Of a stretch of 64,000 bases of DNA, positions 41,280 through 55,099 are shown piece after piece (positions within the stretch are counted from its first letter, which is position 1; every line of letters starts with the position of its first letter). The stretch is from the NCBI GenBank assembly GCA_950097015.1, contig CATNEN010000031.1, positions 3,519,861 to 3,583,860 on the forward strand. Direction: 5' to 3'. Origin of the DNA: Macrostomum hystrix. Its lineage: Eukaryota > Animalia > Platyhelminthes. Both the position numbers and the translations under genes were made by a program. The notes under the pieces were generated by a model. The model worked only from the letters and a program-made list of their open reading frames with translations, searched no databases and was not told the origin of the DNA.

Positions 41280-41455
41280 TACTGTACTTATACATCTGCC
41301 CTGACTTTCTCTTCGTCAGGCAGTATTCACTCTTACCGTCCCTCGTGGGCGTAAATTGTATATTAATCTCAGTGGAATCGAGCCCATGGACCTTGGTGCG
41401 AGGGGCAAACGCGTCAACCGCTCTAAATGCGAACAAAATAATGAGCAGACAGCAG
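41280..41455 (-). mobile_element. SINE family B, deleted copy
   Basis: Minus strand: agagcggttgacgcgtttg...ccaaggtcc..ggctcgattcc...aatttacgccc...ctgcctgacgaagagaaagtcagggcag. Confidence 0.75.
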
Positions 41456-44156
41456 GTCAGTGAGTTAGCCTGGCCAAATAACCGTGAAAGAATTCTGATT
41501 GTTCATTCCTTTGGAAAACCTTATCTCTTCACATTTGATCTGAATAGCTAAGTCGGCACTATTAATTTAGCACTCACCATCGTTGGCCGCCTGTCGGTTT
41601 TTTTCAAACAGAAAAGGAAGCGAACGCGCTTATTTAGAAGTGAGACCATCTGCCGGCTTTCTGGTCAGTTTTTATCGCTGGAATCATTTTATCTTATTTA
41701 CCCGATGCGTCCAAATCTACGGTTTAGAAACCGGTTGGTGGTTATAAATTGCTGCCCAAGACAGTCCACAGCTTCTGTCACACTCGGACTATTTTGCGCA
41801 CTAGCTTTAAAGACCCGTCAAAATATGTCTATGGTAGAATACTCCTATCATTGTTTCATGCTATTGTCCCTTCTTGTAATTCTTAAGTCGTTGATTTTTT
41901 GCTTATCTCAGTTTCTCGCCCTCCTGTTTCTTCTGGTTGATAATTTCACCAATATACCTTGGATGTTTTAATCTCCCTAGCTTCCAAGTGAGTGCGCATG
42001 AGTGCATTTACTTGTATATACTATCTAATTTATCTGCTCCTGCACAGACTCGCCGCCCTGCCTCTGTTTGCTTTTTTCTGGCTCACCTCCCACCTGTGTT
42101 AGCCCTGTTATAATTAAGACTTGACCCACAAAGCCAATGCATATCTCTGGCTTGGTTGGCCAGGATCAGTCTATGTTCATGAAGTTCTTAAAAATAATTT
42201 GTTTAATAAAAATCCATCGAAAAACACACGCTGGCATAGCCTGTCTTTCATATAAATTTAAGTTATTTCCTCACCGAAAGTCGGTTCTGTAGATCACTAA
42301 CTCGGCGCTTCGAAAACCTATGTACTGCTGTTTAGTCTATGGACTTTGGACTCCAGAAAAGCAGCTAGCTTTCACCCACTTAACAGCTAGGTGAACTAAT
42401 TTTGGAATTAGCAGTAGAACTACCAAAATGGTAGTTGAAGTTTTTAGAGGGTTCCAAAATTTCCCACACAGAAATTTTTGCTGCGCTTGACTGGAGCAAC
42501 GCAATAAACAAAACTCAAGAACATTTGCATTTGCCTGCATCATCTACGACTTTGCTGCTCACCGGCCTTCCTGGTGCGAATTTCTCCACTTTCGCTGATC
42601 AAGCCTCGATATGGGGCAAAAGTACTCGCGACTCGCGACTTGATTCTTGTTTCAGAATTCCGAAGTCCGAAGCCCTTAGCAACTGCAGGCTTTCATTGGT
42701 TTGTTCCTTGTGTTCCACGACGCCAGATGAGATTGGACAAGGCGGCATGCTTTGCTTTACTTTGCTTCAAAATTAAGTTAGCGCTTTATCTTTAATGATA
42801 TAATGCGCTCGCAGTGCAGAATGAATGATTGCTCGGATGCACGAATCTGTCTCGACAGCTCACAGAGATTACCGCGGGTTTCACCCCGGCATTCCAGCCT
42901 GCCTTTGATGAAGAGCTGTGGCACTGTGGCAGGGGGGAGAGGAAAATGAGCGCCCGGATCCAGCTTTTGCCAGCACTCAGCCGACCGGTGGAGCTGCTGC
43001 CACTGCAGGGTTGGCTTCGGGGTGAAATTATGAAAGGACTGGAGACGCAAGGCAAAGAAATCGGAAGTGTCACACAAGGAGCCGCACTAGGAGAAAGATT
43101 TCCGCGACTTTGGCCGGGCTGACTTGCTGCATTAGCGCAAGCACGCTTCTACAGTAGACACAGTCCGCATCCATCCACTCATTCATTCATTTCTTCAGTC
43201 ATACAGCATTTTTTGTTGGGAGATTGAATCAAAGCATCTACAAAGATGCAGGCGCCGTATGTATTTAGAGAGTGTGTCGGAAGGAGTTTTAGCAAGTGGG
43301 TGCAGCAGTGACAGGAATCTACGGTGCCTGGCATGTACTGATAGCTCCCCCTCCTGTTTAGCGAGTTCAGCAGTCTGATTAACCTCATCATCGCGCGACC
43401 TGCTATATCGGGATAATTTAGTCAGCATGTGCACGCGAACTCAAACCTCAGTCCCTACCGCGGTGTTTTGTCCGTGCCATTAGGCACGGCTGAACTGCCC
43501 GCACGTCCCCCCACTATGCACCCAACTCATCCGTTTCAGCAGGTCCTATACGCGCCTTCTCTCATTTTCTTATCCATTGGGAAGTTCAGAACCGAATCCC
43601 TGCCTCGATTGGCACCCACAGCCAACCCCTGCGCCCTGCCTGTGTCCGTGGCACTCGCCCGGTGACTTTGCTTTGAATAGCCTTTCCCCGACTACTCGCT
43701 GCTGCGTGCTGCACGCCTCTTGCAATCCCGACCCGCGTATGGCTCAACCGGGGCATCGGCAGCTTCCCTGCTCAGCCAGTGCTCATGCATGCTTGGGAGC
43801 CGGGGGCGGGGAGATACTCTAGATTCGGTGCTCAAACTTTCGAAAGGCTGCACCCGAATTTCTCTGCCTTTTACTTGGATTTGTGTGTGCGCGCATGTGA
43901 GGTCTCTGAGAGATGCTTCGCTTCTTCGGGACTTTGCGACAAGAAATTGGAATGAGAAAGAGAGAGGGATGCCAAGGCTTAGTCCCTGTCGCTCCTTCGT
44001 TTTTACTCCGCCCGTTTCCTCATCCTAGGCCTGGCCTAGTGCCGTCGACCCAATCAGTGCCCAGGGCGCTAGGGGCTGGGCGAGATCCTTCTCCTTCCTC
44101 TCCTCCGATCCCACTCTACAGTCCTCCCGGACCTTCTTTTGCCTTAATGCCGGCGC

Positions 44157-44158
<2 letters not shown>

Positions 44159-44197
<39 letters not shown>

Positions 44198-44198
44198 G
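44159..44198 (+). repeat. (CTG)n microsatellite
   Basis: Run of about 12-13 ctg units. Confidence 0.9.
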
Positions 44199-45083
44199 GG
44201 TGACACACGAGCTGCCCCCACCTCATCAGGGCCACCAACCCCTTTCATTCCAAACGCGGCGAGAGCGAGAGAGAGAAGAAAAGAATTAAAGGAGAGAGGA
44301 GGCCGGCCGGAGTTCAGGCAGAAAAAATGTGATAGAGGCGATGGGATCAGACCCGGGGTGGGGGGAGAGGAAAGAAGGGAAAGGAGGAGGTTGGGCCCGT
44401 GGTGGCCGGCATATAAGCTATTGAGGAGCCCCGGTCTGTGCTTGCAAGAACTATTATAAAACCCCTTTCCATTGCGGCCCGTTGTGTGAAAAAAAGTCGG
44501 ACATTCTCCGCTTCTGATTTTGCGGGAGACAATACGCAGCTTCTCGCACCTCAAAACAAAGCTCATTGTTTCATCTTGGCGCTGAGCAGCAGTTTAAGGT
44601 AAAATTTCATAGTCCTTAGAATTGTTTTCTGCTGCTTCGGCCAAATTTGTACAGTTTTTGGGCGATTTTGCCTTTCGTTACAATCCTTCACTTTTCCCGA
44701 ATATTTCCCGAGTAGTTTTTCATCGACTGTGCTGCCACGGGCTGAAGGCCAGAAAATGTAATTACAAGCAGCGTACGTGGCTAGGTAAAAACCTGTTTGT
44801 AATTAGCTAATCCAAATGAGAAACATTGGGATTTAACTTTAGATCAAGATTATAGCATGCTTGTTAGTACTAACATGTAACAGGTAGCAAGAATGCTTTA
44901 TCGTGTGACAGATTAAATCAATACCAGCATGAGAGTGTTATAAGCGGCAAGAAAATCTGTTTGCTCATACGTGTAGAAACTTTCCATTCTGTTCTCAAGT
45001 CTAATGAAATTTGCGCTGAAAACAACACACTTAACAATTGACAAAAATGTAGATTCGATTTCTAACAAGTTCAACTTGGCGGC

Positions 45084-48000
45084 ATGGCGAATAAGTTCAA
45101 ACTGATCTACTTCCCGATTCGCTTCCGAGCCGAGGGACTCCGCTGGACTCTGGCCTACTCCGGCCTGCCCTGGGAGGACAAGAAAATCATGATGGAGGAG
45201 TGGGCCGGACTCAAGCCTAGTGAGACTTGCACAACTGTTTGTAGCCTGTCTGGCAGAGGTGAATCATGCTTGGCATGTCCAATCAGTCAGAGATTGGAGT
45301 GATCAGTCTGTTGAATCAGTCAGAGATTGGAGTGATCAGTCTGTTGAATCAGTCAGAGATTGGAGTGATCAGTCTGTCCAATCAGTCAGAGATTGGAGTG
45401 ATCAGTCTGTTGAATCAGTCAGAGATTAGAGTGATCAGTCTGTTGAATCAGTCAGAGATTAGAGTGATCAGTCTGTCCAATCAGTCAGAGATTGGAGTGA
45501 TCAGTCTGTTGAATCAGTCAGAGATTGGAGTGATCAGTCTTTTGAATCAGTAAGAGATTGGAGTGATCAGTCTGTTGAATCAGTTAGAGATTGGAGTGAT
45601 CAGTCTGTTGAATCAGTCAGAGATTGGAGTGATCAGTCTGTCCAATCAGTCAGAGATTGGAGTGATCAGTCTGTTGAATCAGTCAGAGATTGGAGTGATC
45701 AGTCTGTTGAATCAGTCAGAGATTGGAGTGATCAGTCTGTCCAATCAGTCAGAGATTGGAGTGATCAGTCTGTTGAATCAGTCAGAGATTAGAGTGATCA
45801 GTCTTTTGAATCAGTCAGAGATTGGAGTGATCAGTCTGTTGAATCAGTTAGAGATTGGAGTGATCAGTCTGTTGAATCAGTCAGAGATTGGAGTGATCAG
45901 TCTGTTGAATCAGTTAGAGATTGGAGTGATCAGTCTGTTGAATCAGTTAGAGATTGGAGTGATCAGTCTGTTGAATCAGTCAGAGATTGGAGTGATCAGT
46001 CTGTTGAATCAGTCAGAGATTGGAGTGATCAGTCTGTTGAATCAGTCAGAGATTGGAGTGATCAGTCTGTTGAATCAGTCAGAGATTGGAGTGATCAGTC
46101 TGTTGAATCAGTCAGAGATTGGAGTGATCAGTCTGTTGAATCAGTCAGAGATTGGAGTGATCAGTCTGTTGAATCAGTCAGAGATTGGAGTGATCAGTCT
46201 GTCCAATCAGTCAGAGATTGAAGTGATCAGTCTGTTGAATCAGTCAGAGATTGGAGTGATCAGTCTGTTGAATCAGTCAGAGATTGGAGTGATCAGTCTG
46301 TTGAATCAGTCAGAGATTGAAGTGATCAGTCTGTTGAATCAGTCAGAGATTGGAGTGATCAGTCTGTTGAATCAGTCAGAGATTGGAGTGATCAGTCTGT
46401 TGAATCAGTCAGAGATTGGAGTGATCAGTCTGTTGAATCAGTCAGAGATTGAAGTGATCAGTCTGTTGAATCAGTCAGAGATTGGAGTGATCAGTCTGTT
46501 GAATCAGTCAGAGATTGAAGTGATCAGTCTGTTGAATCAGTCAGAGATTGGAGTGATCAGTCTGTCCAATCAGTCAGATTGGAGTGATCAGTCTGTCCAA
46601 TCAGTCAGATTGGAGTGATCAGTCTGTCCAATCAGTCAGAGATTGGAGTGATCAGTCTGTTGAATCAGTCAGAGATTGGAGTGATCAGTCTGTTGAATCA
46701 GTCAGAGATTGAAGTGATCAGTCTGTTGAATCAGTCAGAGATTGGAGTGATCAGTCTGTCCAATCAGTCAGATTGGAGTGATCAGTCTGTCCAATCAGTC
46801 AGATTGGAGTGATCAGTCTGTCCAATCAGTCAGAGATTGGAGTGATCAGTCTGTTGAATCAGTCAGAGATTGGAGTGATCAGTCTGTCCAATCAGTCAGA
46901 GATTGAAGTGATCAGTCTGTTGAATCAGTCAGAGATTGGAGTGATCAGTCTGTTGAATCAGTCAGAGATTGGAGTGATCAGTCTGTTGAATCAGTCAGAG
47001 ATTGAAGTGATCAGTCTGTTGAATCAGTCAGAGATTGGAGTGATCAGTCTGTTGAATCAGTCAGAGATTGGAGTGATCAGTCTGTTGAATCAGTCAGAGA
47101 TTGGAGTGATCAGTCTGTTGAATCAGTCAGAGATTGAAGTGATCAGTCTGTTGAATCAGTCAGAGATTGGAGTGATCAGTCTGTTGAATCAGTCAGAGAT
47201 TGAAGTGATCAGTCTGTTGAATCAGTCAGAGATTGGAGTGATCAGTCTGTCCAATCAGTCAGATTGGAGTGATCAGTCTGTCCAATCAGTCAGATTGGAG
47301 TGATCAGTCTGTCCAATCAGTCAGATTGGAGTGATCAGTCTGTCCAATCAGTCAGATTGGAGTGATCAGTCTGTCCAATCAGTCAGATTGGAGTGATCAG
47401 TCTGTCCAATCAGTCAGATTGGAGTGATCAGTCTGCTTTATGAGTCACATGAGTGCTTAAACTAAGTTATTAGCGACCATGCATGTTCATCGTGTGAGTA
47501 CACTATGCCTGTACAGTATGAATGGAATGGTAGCATTCGCACCACGACTGCATTATTAGCTACTAGCATAGCAAAGCAATCGAGCATTGGCGATTCAATC
47601 CGAGAAGAAGTGATGGATTGACAGCATAGTTTCACAACCTGAAAGCTACACCCATCCTATTGATTTACGGTCAGCAATTTCCCCAACACCCGCTAGCGCC
47701 CTGATGACAACTCGCAGGTCATCTCCGGAATTGCCAGCCTGTTAATAACAGCAGGCCGCGGCATGACTTCGTTAAGCAGAAGGGAACCGCTGCAAATGCG
47801 TTATTGCCGGCGCCCCGGTAATTGGCACCTCGCTCTCGCACGAATCGAACCTCGTCCCCCATAGCAACGAGTGCTTGCACAGACTCGCCTCACACTTTTC
47901 CTCATTTCCGACTAGGCGCAGCTTCCTCGCCTCATCATCTTCTCCCTTCTATCACACAGAATTTTCTGCCTGTTTGTGCCCCGGCACCTCTTCTTCTGCA

Positions 48001-50986
48001 GCCTTTTCATCCTCTATCCCGGCTCGTGTAGAACGAATGCTTAATCCTCCATCGCTTACAGCTCCCTTGGGGAGGACGGGCACAACTGCCCAGGTCGGCA
48101 AAGAAGTCTTGCAGCCAGGGGGTGGGGCTGGGTGGCAAAAACAGGCAGATTTTGTTGGAAAAATCCCGGCAAAGTGGGGCTGCACAACAGGTGCGGCGCC
48201 CCGCAGTTTAATTTGTCACCTTTTATTCCTTTTCCTAAAATAAGCCAACTTCAAACGGGATCTCCACTCTCAACTCCCATCTCGCTACAGTCTCAGTGGG
48301 CTCGATGGATAGCTGCTCAAGGACAGGCGAGGTAGAGATAAAATTGCGGGCTCCTGGAACTCGCTTGAGTCGATGAGATGGGCGTCAAATCGGGGGGGGG
48401 GCGCCGCACTCCGCGGCCTCGGTAGGAATTGAGTAGCTAACGAGGAGGATCAGTACAGGGAGAATTTTTATAAGTAAGAGAGGCCTCTGGATTTCGGTAT
48501 GAGCTCTAAATTTGTCTAATTTTTCTCTTTCCATTTCGTCTTCGCCCAGAGTAGAAGAAGCCGCTTCTGGTGGATAAAAACGGGACGCCCAAATCCAGCT
48601 TCAATCGAGTGTGTTGGTGCGTGTGTGTCGCCGGATTTTTTTGACGCTGCTGCATTCAGGCTTCTCGAGAACTTCAGCCCCACCCCACTCCGTGCACCTA
48701 GGAAATTTTTGTAAACTTTCCTTTCGCCCGATTTAGCCTCAAAAATGGCAGAGAGAGAGAGGAGAAAAGCGGATCAGGCAAAGTAGAATTCATCAAGCGC
48801 TGTTCGGCATGGCTGAGCACAAGCGGCTGAGCAGTTCCAGTTGGCCACTCTCGGTTGCCAACCAAGGGGCAGTCAGGCCAGACCCTGGCGTGACTCACCC
48901 AAATAGCCGTCTGGGTAATTTATCGCCACCCGAGAAAGCTCAGCTGCTTCAGGTGTGCACCATTCTCCACCTGCTTTGATGCTAGGAGCGGTGGACAATG
49001 CGGCTACTCTCCGATCAGTTATAAAATGGACTCATCGGATCAAGATTCCTGAGTTCGAATGCACTGGCTCTCAAAATTTCACATTCCCCAATGTTTTAGG
49101 CAAGCCCAAATACCAAAGTCCCTCAAATTTCACAATTCAAAAATGTACATTCCCTGAAATTCACATCCCCGAATTCGCATCCCCAAAATTTCATATCCCC
49201 AATTTTCCCATTTCCCAAGTTTCAATTTCCCAATTACTAAAATCGTTAGTCTACCAAATTATCGCAACCTAAAGGGTGCTGTGAAATTTGGTAGAAGGGA
49301 AATTAAGGGAATATGGAGTTTGGGATTAAGACATTCGGGGTAGTGCAATAGCATCTGAATCATACGAGCAACTCACTTTATCTAATCATACGAGCTAGTC
49401 TCGATTTTGTAATTGGTCATCGAAGAAAGTTATAGAATACTGAAATTTATGGATTCGACCGAGGCACGCTACTATTAGTAGCATAGCATTCAGCATAGCA
49501 ATCAGGAAGTCGACGCTTGACGACCCTACGCAGTAGCCAATCATTACAGAATCTTCGTGAACAAGCGAGAATATTATGCATGGTTTCCAAAATTCAGGAA
49601 ATGAATATTTCAAATTTCCTGAACTGAACTATGAGCAGTTGATGCTGTTCTCTTTCTAACCATTGATGCACAGTGACAATAAGAAATTCAGGGCTTTGTG
49701 AAGTGCTAGTTACATGTGCGTACCTGTTTGAGTTTGAGTCTGCGTATGTATATAAGTGCCCGTAAGCTCAGGGATCAGCGGGCACGAAATTTTCCTCACT
49801 CGCTGTGAGTCGACTCACTAAAATGATGCGTCTGTGTCCACAGCCCCTTCAAATATAGTAATCACTGTCCTCCGCAGCTGTTCCGTCAGGCATTCTCCCC
49901 TGCCTGGTGACCCCGGACGGTCGCAAGCTGGTGCAGTCGGCCGCCATCGCCCGCTTCCTGGCCGTCCGGGCCGGTCTGTACCCCACTGGCGAGGCCGAGC
50001 AGTGCAAATGCGACGAGATCATTGCCCTGGTGCAGTGCGACCTCATGGCCGCCTACGAGCAGTTCCTGCCGCTCAGGCCGGCCGAGGAGCGCCGGCGCGG
50101 ATACGACAACTGGAACGAGAAGGCGGCCCCGAGGATGCTGGGCTACCTGGACGGCATTTTGGCAGAGAGCCAGTCGGGCTACTTGATCGGAGACAAGGTA
50201 CCTGAATGGCTTTTTTATCAGCCATTTTATCAGCTCAGTCGGTCGAATCATTTAGAGGTCGTTTCTTCGAGATTCAGTTTTATGGATCAGTTTTATGCGA
50301 AATGCTAATTCTGAAACCATTGCTTTCATTGAAACGGCTCGCACCGGTGTTTTACCATGTAAATATATTAAAAAGAACGGAATCACTAAGGCTCGCTCCA
50401 TGGCTTTAGCAGTAGAGAGACCACGGGCCTACACTTTTCTTTCTTTCGCTATCGAAAGAAATCCACGTTGGCTATTATTGTTGATTATACGAGTATTGTA
50501 TTGATTTTATTATTATTAAAACTACATAGGTTCTTATGCAGAGCAATGCTAGTTGTCCTTGTCAAAAGGGTTCTTCGACACGATTCGCTGACGTCGGACG
50601 GCTTTGAACATTAGTTCATCGGAAAGGATGGAAAATTTTGATCCATATGGTGGACTTTCACGAAAAGCGGACATTCGGTTCGGCAGCTATCGGGAAGTAG
50701 GCATTTGAAATAGCCTGTGGTCTTCCCAAGGGGGGAAATAGCGTGGTGTTTCTACTGTCAATGCAGCTCACAATATTCTCGTCCCGTGTCCACCCGTCAC
50801 CAGCTGACCATCGCCGACCTGCTGGTAGCGGCCGTGGTGGACTCGCTGTCCCAGATCCCGGAGGTGCGGGCCTCCGCTCAGTCGCGCAAGAACCTGACTG
50901 CCCACCTGTCCCGCCTGCGACAGCACGAGAAGCTGGCAGCCTACCTGAGATGTCGCGACGACTCATTTCCGGGTTTCAACGTGTGA
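45084..50986 (+). CDS. Glutathione S-transferase, sigma-like (3 coding exons, 212 aa)
   Basis: Exons 45084-45219, 49878-50197 and 50804-50986 are in frame (639 nt). N-terminal LIYFPIRFRAE carries the catalytic Tyr; further motifs are LPCL, QSAAIARFLA and YLIGDKLTIADL. Confidence 0.93.
45275..47435 (+). repeat. 33-bp minisatellite (~65 copies) in GST intron 1
   Basis: Unit gattggagtgatcagtctgttgaatcagtcaga, with 31-bp variants at the 3' end; gives the ISLLNQSEIGV ORFs. Confidence 0.97.
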
Positions 50987-51293
50987 ATTCGCGGGCTTTT
51001 TTGTTGGCTGCATTCGCTACTGATGCTTGCAATAGAGATGACCGCGGCGCATCGCGAATGTGAATTTTATATTCTCTCCGATCTGTCGCGACGGAAACAA
51101 CTAGATTAATAAATTATCGAGCATCAGAATTGCATAGTCAACATCACTTTTTCGATCTCTTGCCCCAAGTGACGCTTGACCCTCACCGTTGAGAGTAGTT
51201 TATACTCATTATTAAATATACAATCAAATTAGGCAACACCAAATATTACAGAATGCACTATTAAACATAATTTGGACTCGTCCTTGTAACCTT

Positions 51294-51550
51294 GTTGTAG
51301 CCATGTGGTTAGAGCATCGGGCTCACTACTTGAAGGTCGGGGGTTCGATTTCTGACTCCATTGAATTAATATGTGACCTTTGGCAAGACACTTAACTGTG
51401 TCTTAGCATTAGCTGGTGTTATTGAGGGTAGGTGTGGCGTCTCCCCAGTCCATGGACTGAACAGCTGTACGCAGCTGCGGCTGTGCTGGCGGCTGCACAT
51501 CTGGCCCAATTGGGGCAGGGGTAAACGGTAATAATATTAATTATTATTTT
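51294..51550 (+). mobile_element. tRNA-derived SINE family A copy
   Basis: A-box tagccatgtggttagagc, B-box ggttcgatttc, central tgtgacctttggcaagacacttaac, and AT-rich tail. Confidence 0.85.
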
Positions 51551-52016
51551 AATTGGATTCGGTCAGACACTATGTTCACCCATAAAATTATGTTTTATAT
51601 CTGACGCTTAAAATGCTCTGAAATAAAAAGGGTTGTTAAAACCATTTGCGCAAATCAGTAAAAGTACAATTCTATCCAAAGCAAGCGCAAAGGCCATTGA
51701 CTTACTCGCGCGGCGTTCTTAGAAAAGCAAATCTCAATCGCAATTAAAATTTTCAAACCGTGCACTATAAAGTTCTTAACTGCGGCTTTACGTGTCATTG
51801 AGCTATCGAGTTGCACCAATTATCGTTTAAGCCTGGCTTCACAATCACTGATCGATCAGCGACCAATGAGGAGTGCCCGTGTGCCTGCAAAATATCATTT
51901 TCTGTTTCCCATCCTTGTAAAGTCAGCGGGGCCAGTTATAAATTAGCCGTCTATAGGAATTTTTGTCACCTCTGGAAAGCAATCTAAAAGCCAGTGAGAC
52001 TAATTTTAAACGAACA

Positions 52017-55000
52017 ATGATGCTCACGGCTGGAGCGCTGTGGGCCATGATTCTGGTGGCCTTAGCAGCAGTCGCTGCGCCTTTATCAAAGCCGACGGAT
52101 ACCGGGAGATACCGTCCGCAGTGTGAGACGTCTATCGCTGCTAAGTAAAAAGATTGTTCTAGCACTATTTGTTATAGCCAACTTTTTTGCTGGTTTGAGG
52201 GTTCCTAAAACATATATTTTAGGAAAATTATTTTGCCTGCCTCATGGCAATTTCAGGTAACTATCTAATTAGTTTGTACGTTTATCACGAATAACCAAAC
52301 AGTTCGGACTCAGGGTCGCTGCCACGCGATGTCAGGACCAACTCAACAGACCGCCTCGCGGCCCTTCGCAACTGGATGACGGAGCAGGGCATCGAGTGGT
52401 ACCTGGAGACTGGCCTGGACTCCGGCCTTCAGAGTAGGACTGAGCCTGCAGATCAGTTTCTGAGATGGATCAGCGGCTTCACTGGCTCGCACGGTTTGTC
52501 TTTTCTGCGAATACTTTCAGTCCTTTTTGACGTCATAATTATACTTTCACTTACTGTCTTGAACGATTTCAACCGCTTATACCGATTATACAAACGAAAA
52601 TATCGACGTTAATCAAGAAACTATTAACAGCATTTCAAGCTTCTAAGTCCAGACGAGAGCGAAACTTTCATAGTAAACAATAAACAATTCTTCAAATAGG
52701 CAATCATTTAGCTAATGAGCGGCCGTTTCAGCATCAAAACAGACCACTTCTATGAATGACAGGAACACAGAAACCAAAAGCAACGAAACCCAGGCGACTG
52801 CGCGCGGCGTCGTCCAAGAAATGGATTGGGCACTCAGAAAGCTGCCGTGTCGAGCTGTTTATGGTGCCAGGTGATCTAATTGCCGCATACAAGGGCAGCC
52901 TTTGTAATCCATCACAGTCCGACAGCATCGGGCAAATTTGCAAATCTCTGAACGATCGGGCGCGTTTTCAGTGCGTGGCTGGACTTCAGAGCGTCCTCCG
53001 ATTTGTCACAGCTAGCCAGCAACTGGAAGGGTGGAAAGGCGCGAAACGAAACTAAAGTTTGACGCCTAGCCAGAATAAAACACATTGAGGATTAAAACAT
53101 AGGCTTTTTGTTTTAGAAACTAAACTGTTGTTCGTCTCAGCAAAACGGATCAGTTGTTTGCATGGATAAAACAGCTGGAGCTCTAGCTAATGGAGTATTA
53201 CCTAATATAAACTTTGCAATATGGATGGCATTAATTCTCCTTTGATAACTGATCGCAACCCACATTGCACCAACCGCAGGCGAGGCCCTGGTGTCGCACA
53301 CGTGGGCCCAACTATTCACTGATGAGCGCTACACTGTGCAAGCAGACGCGGAGCTTGACTGCATCAACTGGCGCCTGAGCGCTGATAGCTCCTTCGAATC
53401 ATGGCTTCTGAGGTATTCGGGTCCGCGCGTCACTCTGGGCATTGACATCAGCCGCGTCAGCTGGGGCCGCGCCAGCTGGCTGGCCAACTCCAATCCTCAG
53501 CGCCTTAAGCTGGTCTCACTACCGGCAGGTCAGCCGGCCAATAAACTATGGAGGACGGGTCGGCCTCATCGACAAGCTCGCCAGGTCTATCCTTTGTACA
53601 AACACTACACTGGCGGCAGCTCCTGGCAGGCGAAGGTCTCGGCCGCCAGAGCAGTCATGGAATCAGAAGGAGCAGCCGCTATGGCTATCACGGCTTTGGA
53701 CGAGGTGGCCTACCTAATGAACCTGCGGGCCACTGTAGTAGCCGGTCAGCCCTACTTCCAGGGCATGGTGCTGCTGACTAGGAACTCAACAAGCCCCCTT
53801 TTATTCCTAGCAAATGCCAGTGACATCTTGGCCAATCCTGCTGTGCGGCGTCATCTCGTTGGAGCGCGAGTGAACGACCTCGCAAATCTGGCTACTTTTG
53901 GGGCTTCTGACGGCCTTGGACTGGACACTAAACTGTGGATCTCTCGAAATCGAGTTTCAGCCGCCATAGCTGCGGCTCTGATGGGTCCATCGTTCGATAT
54001 CTTTAATCCCTTGGCTTACAATCACTTCGCTGTGATCGACCAGGACACCCCGGTGCGTCTAGCCAAGGCGGTCAAGTCGCCCGGTGAGCGGAAAGTTTTC
54101 GCCGCCTGCAGCCTGCTAGACTCAGCAGCTCTGGTTGCCGCCCTTAACGAGTTGAGCTGGTTGGTGTCCGCAGACCGAATGGTCACAGAGTTATCCGCCG
54201 CGCGCCTGATTGACAGGCACCGGGCTCGTCTGCCTAACTACCGCGGCCGGAGCTTCGCTACCATATCAGCCGTGGGAAAACACGCGGCGTTAGCGCACTA
54301 CACACCCAGTATCGCAACTGACACACGTCTGGAGCCCAGAACCAGCACAACTGACGCTTTGCTGCTCATTGACTCGGGTGGACAGTACCTCGGCTGCACC
54401 ACTGACGTCACGCGTACTATTTACTATGGACGAGACCCTGCTCCACAGTTTGTGCGAGACGCCTACACCAGGGTCCTGATGGGCGCCATTGATCTGCTTA
54501 GCCTGCACTGGCCGGCCGAGTATTTCAGCAGCGCTCTCGATCCTTTCGCAAGGAGGCATCTGTGGCAGGCGGGCCTGGACTATAGGCACAGTACAGGTCA
54601 CGGAATCGGACAGTTCCTTGGCGTGCACGAAGGTCCAAATGCCATCGGGAACTGGGGCAACCGGCTTACCATCGGGCAGTTCCAGTCTGTGGAGCCCGGC
54701 TATTATAGACCAGCCCAGCCCGGTGTGCAGGGCTTTGGAGTTCGCTTGGAGACCATCACAGGGGTGGAGTCGCGAGGTCCTAATGTAGATTATACGGAAG
54801 CCAAATTCTTGCGCCTCCAACCAGTCACGTGGGTTCCGTACGATCGTCGGTTAATTGATCCGAACCTCATGAGCGGCCAGCAGTTGCACTGGCTTAACTG
54901 GTATCACTCAGAGTGTCGGACACGGCTGGCCGAGCCGTTGGCTCAAATCGGCCAGGCTGTCCAAGCGGCTAACTGGCTGTCAGAGGCCACCAAGCCAATT

Positions 55001-55099
55001 TTGCCTGTGGACGGAGCAATGAAACAGGGTGGAAGTCTTAAAGCTGTGCTGCTTTCGGCACTAACAGCAGCTGGAACTGTGAAACTCATTGCTTGGTGA
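52017..55099 (+). CDS. XPNPEP2: Membrane-type Xaa-Pro aminopeptidase (aminopeptidase P, M24B), 712 aa
   Basis: Exons 52017-52144, 52303-52493 and 53280-55099 are in frame (2139 nt). Signal peptide, WISGFTGS motif, metal ligands DSGGQYLGCTTDVTRT, HSTGHGIG, VEPGYY and GVRLE, and a hydrophobic GPI-signal-like C-terminus. Confidence 0.93.

Noticed and set aside
45266-47303. 351-aa and other ISLLNQSEIGV ORFs
   Set aside because: They come from the 33-bp intronic array of the GST gene.
51294-51370. tRNA gene
   Set aside because: A and B boxes are present, but the sequence continues into a shared SINE body without a complete cloverleaf and terminator. The same holds at 3.6, 31.2, 59.1 and 63.9 kb.
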